The notes beneath the pieces are model-generated. The model did no database searches. It saw only the letters and a list, made by a program, of their open reading frames with translations, and was not told the DNA's origin. From Bugula neritina (taxonomy: Eukaryota > Animalia > Bryozoa), in NCBI GenBank assembly GCA_964035545.1, contig OZ037765.1, forward strand, positions 14,084,698 to 14,148,697: 64,000 nt of DNA, written 5' to 3'. This document shows, piece after piece, positions 1 to 10,286 of the stretch. How positions within the stretch are numbered: the first letter of the stretch is position 1; every line of letters starts with the position of its first letter. Made by a program: the position numbers and the translations under genes.

Positions 1-3000
1 ACATTTTTCAAGCGCTCTGTGTCTGATTAGGAATGACTGCTCCAAATGTCAGGGACCACCTACAGGGATTGAGGCAAGAGCCCAGAATATATCTACATAA
101 TCATGCTAACCAAGTTGAGAGACTGGCCCAGTTTGCCTACGGCAACCTGGACCGAGAGAATCACCAAACTTTATCATTTGAAGCATTCTCCAGGTTTCTA
201 AACAACTCCGGTTGCAAAGCTACCTCCTGGCTGCTCCGGTGGAGATGATAGAAGCGCCGCTGGACAAGTGGAGGGCCTACTTCCAGGTCCGGAAACCCCA
301 GGGTCCAAACTTTACTGCACAACAACTAGAATCAGAATAGAAAGAGAACTCCACCCACCCTGCCGGCACTCCAAGTAGCGGCTGCTACCACAGCCTCATT
401 GGCCCCCACCAAGTTCTCCATGTTACTGGACATGGTGAAGATGTAGCAGACCCAAGCTGGCAGGCGTGCTCCGTGACTGCGGGACGATTTTGCCAAGCCC
501 TTTCCTACCACATGTTGGGAGTTCAGGTCAGAAGGACATAGGGTGCCTTCAAACACCCAAGGCCTGCGGTAACTTCCACCAACCACAAGCCCGAGCCAAC
601 ACCAGTATCCCGGAGGGTCCGATCTGTGCTAAGGGAGGCATGGGCGGAGCCCATCGCCCCTGGGTGAGAAGCGCCTTGGAGATCTCAGAGACTACGAGGT
701 CTATTCAAACCATTGGCTTGGCCACTCAGCAACCGGTTTGCGGGGTTATCCGACGAGGTTGTGGAGGAAGAGTTATCCTATGCTCAGGAGTTTCTCAGAT
801 TGCCCGCCAAACCTCAGAAAACTCTCAAACTCATCAAGACATGGAAGAGGCTTACTGTAAGAACTCAAGAAATGTCTCCCCCAAAGACTGACCACCCCAA
901 AAGCACCCAACCCTACAATAGCAGCTACTTTCTGCCCGGGAGAAGTGCAGGTAAAGCTGCCACTTTCCTGTTGAATACCAGGTGCACTAAAAACCTGCAG
1001 AGTCGGTATTTTTCCGACACTCTTGGTTCCCAAGAGCAGACGGGTCTCGTGCCACATGATAGTGCACATTGTATGTTGGCGGACAGCTCGTGTATTCCAT
1101 TCTACGGCATCATCACACTATCTGGTAGCATCCGCGATCAGGTGATACACAAGACCTTCATTGTCAGCAACGTGAAAGAAAATGCCATCCTGGGCATGCC
1201 AGTCCTGAAGAAACACTAGTGTCACATGGACTTTCAGAAGTCGGCAGTGGTAATGGCCAGGAAGAAACTTGCTTGTGTGGACAAGTTTGGCAGGCCCTTG
1301 GTGGGCAGAGTACAGGTAGCGCAGGACAGCATTATACCCGAGCGCTCCAAAGCCACGCTACCCTGCAGGTTTAACTGCCGGAGGATCACAGAGCTTGAAG
1401 TTGTGGAGGGGATGCATGGGAGAATCCAACTGGCAAACAGCCTGCTGGGGGAAACTTCTTGGGCTAAAGTTGAAGCCCTCCAAGTGCACACGCTTACAGC
1501 AGGAAGTGAAATTTTGGGGACATGTGGTCATTCGGAACAGTGTTGCCACGGACCAAGAGAAAGTATGGACTGTGAAGGAGTGAACTGCTTCCCAAGACCT
1601 CCATGAGTTGCGGTATTCCTGGGCCTGGCAGAGTACTACGGGCAGTACATTTTAGGATTTGCATGGATGGCGGAACTTTTGAATAGGCTAACCGCTAAAG
1701 GGGTCCGGTAGCATCGCACACAGGAAGAGCAGCAGCACTTTGACCACTCCAAGGACCGACTGGTAGAGGCACCCATCCTGACCTACCCAGACCCACCCAA
1801 GGAGTACATCCTAGACACGAACGCCAGCGACTACAACGTGGGGGCTGTGTCTTCAAGTTCAGGGTGGAACAGTGGTGGTAGTGGCTTACTACAGCAAGGC
1901 TCTATCGGCCGCCATGAAAAGCTACTGCGCTACCAAAAAGGAACTCCTAGCAGTAGTCAAGCCAGTCAAGCACTTCCGGCCACATCTGTATGAACGAATG
2001 TTCAGGTTATAAACTGACCATGCATCACCGGTATGACTGCGTAAGTGAGCCAAACCCTCGAGTCAGGTGACCTGCTGGTAGGAGATTTTTTCTCAGTTCT
2101 ACTGGATAGAGCGTCATGCTGGAACAAAGGTCTGAGCTGTCGTTCGGAGGACTGTAAGCAGTGCCTGCACATAAAAAAGCGGGACAGGGACCCACCGCCT
2201 TGATGTTGAGGAACAGTTGGGGAAGGTCGGGACCTACAGCTGGGAGCAGGGCCACTTGCGGTGTAAAACCTACTTAGATGCTGTCAAAGCACAAATTTTT
2301 TTACTGATGATTTTCATTCTGTGAACAGAGTGGAGGTTTCCCTCATGCCAGCCAATGCGGGACGACTCCGATGAGGACGACAGGACAACTTATCCTGCCA
2401 ACGGTCACCTGATCACTTCGGGTCGTGTTAGCAAGGGTGAGCGACAATGTAGCCAGCCACCAACCCATGAGAACGGATAAATCCCCCCCCCCCCCGTAAG
2501 CACCACACCATCGGACAAGCAGGGCACCCTGCGGTACAGATAGCCGTCTGGAGGCTGAGGCACAATCATTGCGGTGGAACTTAGACCGATGTACCAAGGA
2601 ACTTGAAACGTTGAGACGCCGGCTACGCCAATTGAAGCGGGTAGCAGGAGGCCACTGACACCAACACCCCTTCCTACCCGTTTCAGGAGTGCTGGTGTTT
2701 TCTATTCTATATATTTACCTTGTTCGTGTTTTTTATGATGTTATTGTTTATTATTTCCAGTGTGTTTTACTACTCTAGTATTCCAGTATGTTTTCTTAAT
2801 ATCTCATGTATGTCATAGTGGTAGCTTTTAGTTTGCTTTCACAAGATTTACCTTCCAGATGAGACATTTTATTTTCTGTGGCGTGTTATGTAAAGTGCTT
2901 TACATTTTATTTATTTTTGGGGACCAAGTTTTGTTACTATTATTGAATAAGGGAGTACTTTTTGATGAGGGGAGGGTGTAGTACATTTTGGGAGCTGTCT

Positions 3001-3060
3001 TCTATTTTTCAATAGTTCTTTATTTTCTTGTTATTGTAAGTCTGAATTCGAACATCTTGA
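1..3060 (+). mobile_element. Degenerate Ty3/Gypsy LTR retrotransposon (gag/protease/RT-end/RNase H remnants, PPT and start of a putative 3' LTR); 5' end lies outside the window
   Basis: Broken + frames contain a decayed aspartic protease motif (YFLPGRSAGKAATFLLNTRCTKNL...ILGMPVL, from FLLDTG), the RT C-terminus (LKLKPSKC...EVKFWGHVV...VATDQEKV) and RNase H (APILTYPDP..EYILDTNASD...AYYSKALS...KELLAVV...HFRPHLY...TDHAS). There are many frameshifts and stops, and most of RT and integrase is missing. Purine tract gaggggaggg (2967-2976) is followed by tgtagta, consistent with a PPT/LTR junction. The right boundary is approximate. Confidence 0.85.
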
Positions 3061-3099
3061 AGTTCAGGGTTTGAGGTTTGAGCATGGATATGGTCTTGG

Positions 3100-3850
3100 C
3101 CTATGGGTGTCACTTAGTTTAATTATCACTAGGAATATCAGTATGAGTATCCCAATGCGATTACAAAACATCTCTATTGGTATTACTACTAGTACTAGTA
3201 ATACTGCTGCTACTACTACTAGTCTACTATTTGTACAACTATTACTAGGACTACTAGTAATTATACTGAACAGTAGTACTAGTAGGCTACTGCTGTCCAC
3301 TGAGTAAATGCAACTCAGTATTTATAGCAGTCAAACTGTACAAGACTGTAAGTATAACTACAAGGTCTAGTGTAAAGTAGTGCACACTAACATCATCATT
3401 ATTATTTATCACCAACACTATGACTATGATTATTATAAACATTATGATGGTGATAATAGTCATGGTTTATTATGTATCAACTATGCATCGCCTTCTGCCT
3501 TTTGATTTTATATAATCATTTCATTCTGATTCTTCATAGAATAACTATAACTACCAGTATATTAGTATTATGATAGGCATAAGCACCACTATCACTATCA
3601 GTATCAATGTGAATGTCTTCTACCGTTACTGTAAGTATAAGAGTATATACTAATAGTAATATAGTTAAAGCTATTACTATAACTATAACTATAAGTATTA
3701 TAAGTGTAAGTATATATATCACTATTACTATTAGTATTACTAATACTATTAGTATTAGTAAAGTTTAAGTTATACCTCAGGCTCAGGCTTAAGTTTACAT
3801 AGATATTAGATAGTGTTACTGTTACTAAGTCTTATGATTAGTATTAGTAA
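3100..3850. repeat. Low-complexity (ACT/AGT/TAT-type) degenerate simple repeats
   Basis: Runs such as actactactagt and actattact. The ORFs called here are low-complexity I/L/T/S artefacts. Confidence 0.7.
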
Positions 3851-4030
3851 CACATTTTAAAATTTTATAATAATAAAATTATTAATAATAATATTAACAT
3901 TGATCAATGGTAGTGGTAACGCTTCTAAATTGAAGTTATTAATATAAATATTATTATTAATATTATAACTAACAGTATTATTTTATTTATTATATAATTA
4001 TATTATAAATATATAATATTAGCTTACAGC

Positions 4031-6939
4031 TGTCGAACAAAAATTTAAAAATAATTAAAATAATTAAGATTAAAAATAAACTTTGCAATTTATAATTTAT
4101 AACTGAATTAAATAACTGAATTAAATAATTGAATCGGATTAAATTGAACCTCTGGTTTAGTCAGATTGGTCAGTTAAAATGAAGCGAAGTTACTTGTTAG
4201 CTTTTAGTTTCAAAATTTCTATATAATTTGCAATTGATTAATCAAAAACAAGAGTTATCTTTGCTCGACAAATATTATGGTTTGGAAATCATGTAGTAAT
4301 GTATATATGTGGTTCTATGTATATTGTGTAATGGTTAGCACTCAGGCTAATATTCTGTGAGACAAATTTGGGATTTGCTCCCCCAGAAGAATTGAAATTA
4401 TAATATATATGTGTTGTATAATATGTATATCTATTTGATAATAATATTGAAGCAAGCAAATTACAATAATAAAATATTACAAGAAATTAGCCAAACCAAA
4501 ACAAAGATTGTCCTAGCGACCCTTTGAAATCTTGCTGTGTTATACTAGCAACAGAAATAGCTAAGTTTGACAATTGGGATAGAAAGGCTTATACAAAATT
4601 GAATACACAATGAGAATTGCAAGTAGAACATCAATATTAAAATATATGCTTTAACATAAACTCATACAGCCTTGAAATAAATTCTTCAATATAAATTAGT
4701 GCAGCTTTAGAATTCAAATATTTTCTCAATCCAAATATTTTCTCAAGTATAAATTTGTGCAGCTTTTAAAATTCAAATATTTTTTCAATGTAAATTTATG
4801 CAGCTTTAAAATTCAAATATTTCTTCAATGTAAATTTGTGTAGACTAGAAACAAATTTCTCAATTCAAATATTTCTCAAATATAAATCTGTGCAGCTTTG
4901 ACATAAATTTTCTCAATTCAAATATTTCTCAAATATAAATCTGTGCAGCTTTGACATAAATTTTCTCAATTCAAATGTTTCTCAAATAAATTTGTGCTGC
5001 TTCAGAATCAATAAATCAAATCAACAGATTTCTCAAAATAAATTTGTGCTGCTTCAGAATCAATAAATCAAATCAACAATTTGTGCTGCTTCAGAATCAA
5101 TAAATCAAATCAATAATTTCTTAAAATAAATTTGTGCTGCTTCAGAATTAAAAGAACATTGATAAACTTGTTAGTTCAAATAGCGTAGTACAAGAAGTTA
5201 ATACATAAATATATCCATAAAAAATTGTAATATTACTTACTGCAATCAATACGTGTATTGTCAGTCTCTTGAAATTTCCCTTAGCGTTAGCAATTACTAT
5301 TATTACGGTTAATACTAATATATATATTTTGTATTCCGATTATCTTTGTATACCAATTAATTAATTACTCAATTACTCAATTACTGATTTTCCAGAGACC
5401 CGGTGGCTCCTTTTATATCGGATCTTCTTGGCGGTGGTTCAGATTTCAAGGATACCGGCAACAACTGGTGAAAACTGGCCGACGAAAACTGGCGGCAGAA
5501 ATTGACGCGGAATTCGGTCAGGTATGTTGTTGTTTACAGCCAAGATGGGGATTGACGTAAGAGGATCTGCTATTGTTGACTCATCTTTGTATTTTGTAGG
5601 CTATATCATCGTTAATTGTACCTCAGTCTATAATTTGAAGAATAATTTTTGACTACAATATGGTAAAATATATCAGCCAATGGTCACGTGTTGATCTCTA
5701 TAATAGGTTATATTAATGTTAAATAATTTATTAAGCATCTAAATTGTTGTATATCATCTATATGTTGGCATGAATAAATATTCACACATATACATGTATA
5801 TATCTCTATTTGTAAACAGCATCTGTTATATGTTTCAGCTTTTTATCCATTTCCATTTGTTCAGCAATTAGTGTTTTATTTCAAAAGTCAGTATCACAAA
5901 TTCCAACACGTGATCATGGCATGTAGTACTGTCTCAACACCGCAATTACTTATTTAAAAGCCACATTACTAAATAATACTATTTGCATTATCTAAAAGAA
6001 GCTATAAAACCATGTGTCATATATATTAATTATTGCATCAAGCAATTTCTATGCAAGACCAAATATTTAACTTACTCAAAACTTGTACATTTGAATTTTT
6101 AACTTCACTCAATTACTGGGCTTCATGTATCATATAACTTTTGAATGTACTTGAATGTTGTAGATAAACTGTAGTCTACATACCGTGGTGAAGCAGATAT
6201 AATAATTTATAATTGCATCAACCTGCTGCAGCAGCCATCCCACTGGAAGTCTCAAGCAAACGTCAGCATCGCCGAAGCCATATTTTATTAAGCTGGCAGA
6301 ACATCTCAGATACACAACTTGTGAAGTACAGAAGTAAGAATTAACATAAGAGAACAGTATATGTATAATCATGCATCCTACCGAGAATATAGTTTTTTAA
6401 GAATTTTCTGAGAACAATGGTAATATATATATATATAGATATATATCAATACTTTTAGTTTAATCACTTATGACATAATTTATAGAAATTCTACTTCTAA
6501 CATTATTGCAAAATGTTTCCCGCAATCCTTGCAAACTTGTAGAAATGAGGCTATCTAACATTTCTATTTTGTTTATATTAGCGAATAGTTTCAGTCTTTA
6601 TATCGGTCACCATGAGGATACAATTGTTTTGACACTTCTATTCCCATCAATAAAATAAGCATTTTCTACGTAAAAGAGAAACTATGTCTGTTTACCTGGT
6701 AGATTATTTTGCAAGGCCATGATAGAGTTTTGACTTTGCAAGTTATTTTGCAAGGCCATGATAGAATTTTGAATTTCCTCTCCACTACTTTTACTAAAAC
6801 TCTTAAGCTATACTCATATATTCAAACCATTAGTTCTAATCATAACTACTATTAGCATATCATTCTGTAAAAAACATCAAGTTGCTGTGCAGTATCTACT
6901 CTGCAAAATATAAAGTACTGTGTAATCTCTGATCTGACA
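4031..6939 (-). repeat. 3' LTR (2,909 bp)
   Basis: Starts tgtcgaacaaaaattt and ends gatctgaca on +. No difference from 13688-16596 was seen by eye. The 80-aa ORF at 6130-6372 recurs identically at 15787-16029. Confidence 0.95.
4680..5150. repeat. Tandem repeat array inside the LTR (~35-53-bp units, core aaatttgtgcagcttt / tttgtgctgcttcagaatcaataaatcaaatcaa); copy at ~14337-14807
   Basis: About ten imperfect units are directly visible, including two exact 53-bp copies (~4858-4975) and four tttgtgctgcttcagaat copies. Confidence 0.85.
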
Positions 6940-8334
6940 AATCCAGTATCTACTCTGCAATCAGAACGGCCTCGTTCTGAAATATCATACTTAGGCAACT
7001 CTAACTGTAATACTTATAATAACTCAAGCTGTGTAACTTAAACTTGTAAGTGTTGGATAAAAATAAAGGTAAAACTAACAATAACTGATAAGTATTAGTA
7101 TAACATAAGGCTAAGACAAAAGTAAAAGTAAATCATAAATGATAATCAATAACTGCAAAATTACAAATATTAATATATAACATAAGCAACATCTAGGTTT
7201 AAATCTAAGTCTAATGATAATATAATTATATGTAATTGTATAAATCTACTCACTCTCACATTCATATTGTCATCCTATAAGTATATGATGAATGAATAAT
7301 AAAAATCGTACTCCTATTGATAAACTTTCCAATCATAGACTAAGGACCGAATGATAGTTATCATGCTAGTACCGTGGACAAATCATAGTAAGCTCTTTAA
7401 TAACAATAATAGTATTTTTTCAACTAGTTCTAAGCAATAAATCTACTACACCAATCAGAGAGGGCCTTTGTATCGCAAAGGGAGACAACTGCATATGCAT
7501 TCCAAGTTCCATAGTATTATATTGTGCGCAAGCATAATCATACTATTCAGTTCTCATTAGTAGTTATACACGTTCGCATTTTGACATCGATGCTCTATCG
7601 TCAATATAATACCTATGGGATTAACAAGTTAAACTAAAACCGATCTCAATTCTGCAAACTTAAATTATTGAAGTCCTAAAGAAAAGGTGAGCATACTCTA
7701 GTTATTGTTATTATTAAATTTCTGATTATCATGTAATGTGTTGTAATTTAATTTTAGTTTGGGCATAACATTAACTATCAAAATAGTAAAAGTTATTAGG
7801 TAACACCCGTAGTCATATTCATATTCATTTTGATATTCAATTACTATTAGTATTAGTGAATTACATTAATTTTAGTAAATAATAACCATATTGATATTCA
7901 GCTAGTTTTGCTTTGAAATTAATCGTAGTCAAACTTAATAAATTAATCATAGTGTCATGCTCCTCGTAATAGTCAAAGCGATTGTAGATATAAAATCAAA
8001 TAATAAATTGACAACTTATTTATAACCAATAATCATATAGTTATATTGATTAACTTCAAGTGATAATTACTTTATGACGATGGCAATAATGCCCGCAATG
8101 CATTAAATTATACTTATAAAGTTGTAGTTATCATAGATTATTAACATCAGTGCCATAGCATCAGCCTAGTGAGTAGTTTCGCTTGTTTACTGTATAAATT
8201 TAAAATGGTTTTAATCTCATCAAAATCTATTTAAGCAATAATTATCTTATAGTTATTAGTCGAGTAAAACTTAAAGTGAAGTAACATCAAAAATATCTTT
8301 CCCAATAGAATTATCAAGAGTTTATCTTAACATC

Positions 8335-8650
8335 ATCTATCATCAAGAACATTGTCTTGGAATTAAAGAGACTGCAGTAAAATTAGAAATTAAAATATTA
8401 TATCACCAAGAACTCAGCTTGGAATTAGTAATCATCAAGAACTCAGCTTGAAATTAGTAATCATCAATAATTTTATCATAAATTGAAAACACTGCAGCAA
8501 AATTAGAAATTCAAATATACCATCAAGAACTCAGTTTGGAAATAATAATCATCAATAATTTTATCATGAAATCGAAACACTGCAGTAAAATTAGAAATTC
8601 AAATATACCATCAAGAACTTAGCTTGGAAATAATAATCTTATCTTAAAAT
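8335..8650. repeat. Imperfect tandem repeats (catcaagaactcagcttggaa / actgcagtaaaattagaaatt) in the element's 3' non-coding region
   Basis: catcaagaac recurs at about 8341, 8404, 8433, 8521 and 8609; actgcag(t/c)aaaattagaaatt recurs three times at ~89-120-bp spacing. Confidence 0.8.
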
Positions 8651-10286
8651 TAAAATAACTACGACAAAAACCGAAAGTGGAAAGATACATTGGGAACATT
8701 CAAATAAAAGTTTACTCTTCACTTCAAAAGATAAATTCTTGCAAAACTATGATTTGGTAATATTAATCATCATATGAAATTATTATAAAATTTTGTTACT
8801 CATTTTAACTGGACACAAAGGGTTATTTCATTTGATTAGTTTACATACAGCTACGAAAATAATAAAATACTTGCTTAACATTATCAACCAAATAAGCCTA
8901 TTTTTTACATTGCTTTACATTTTTCACATAGAGAATATTGCTGTCATATAACTATTTGATTTTACTCTAAGCCACTGTTGTTGTTAGTCATGGAAGCCAC
9001 TTTACTTGCAAGGTAGAAAGTTTTATCTTAATAAGTCAACAGTCACAATGGCATAACCAAATCAAAATATCCCTCAAATACTCCAACAGGCAACTCTGCT
9101 CAACCATTAAGTATGCTTAGGTTATTACTACTTTATTAATTCACATACTTTTTAGTCAAGCTTAGGATAAGAATCAGCAACTATATACCTAAAGATTAAA
9201 TGTAAGTTCCTGTAAGAATGCAAATTGCACAGTGATCAAATTTGCAATAAAGTTGAAAAGAAAAATCAGAATTTTGTTGGTTTAAAGGTAATGACTGTGG
9301 TTTGCCACCAAAAATTTGGAAAGAAAGCTAGAACCTTTGTGTAATACTGACAGCTCTCATAAATTGAGGTCTAGGTATTTAAGATAAAACGTGCTGTTGG
9401 ATGTCTACAGCAAACATTTGACAAGTAGATCTCGTAAGATCTCACATCCATGCAGGCCAAGGAAGTGCCTGATCAGGTGTACAGGGATTAGCATATTAGA
9501 TTTCTTTTACCTTAAAACTTTAGGCATTGTAAGTGTATGTAACCCCACCTTCTGTACGAATTTTCGAGTCAAATGTTAGGTAATACATAATATTATCATA
9601 CCTTTCAGACCGAAGATGGAATTCAGCTGTTAAGTTGTCCATTAAAGGGCTTTTGTGAAAGTAGTACAACTTAGGTCCAGCCATTCATTTACAATAAAAC
9701 AAAGATAATTAATAAAGCATTTTTTTCAAATTTGCAATTTTGATTTGGATATGTGCACTATGCATACATGTAGCTATCTTTAGCAAATTCTATTGATTTG
9801 ATAAGTATAGTAATATAATAATAGCTATAATAATTAATACAATAATAGCTATAATAATTAATACAACAAGGAATATAATATTGGGTATAATAATAGATTA
9901 AAATACTGGGTATAATATTGAATATAATAATAAATATGGATGCAGTTTAAAGTCTTGGCCCAGGACTATAGCACTAATTTGCACAAGTTGTAACTAATTA
10001 TCTCTGTGTTTTAGTTGACTGAGCAGAATGACCTACCAAAGTAGATGATAGACAAACAGACAAGCCCATACCATAGTACTGCGACCTCAGTTCAGGTGTC
10101 GAAAGGATCAATTAATAACCAATTGGTAAGTTTCAAGTCTATCAGGCTACCATTCATAACTAGTAAACAGCATCCAAATTATAAACATAGTATAGGAGGT
10201 CTAGAATGATAATAGTTTGATTAAATATAGTAAGCAATGGCTGTAATTTGCAGGGTTATAAATGTAATTTAGATAAATATATTATA

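Noticed and set aside
6130-6372. 80-aa ORF duplicated at 15787-16029
   Set aside because: It is duplicated only because it lies in the LTR, has no recognisable motif, and sits upstream of the predicted TSS.
9330-9690. Minus-strand frame MAGPKLYYFHKSPLMDNL... in the element's 3' region as a decayed accessory gene
   Set aside because: Only ~54 codons precede the first stop, later stops occur at near-random spacing, and no homology was recognised.
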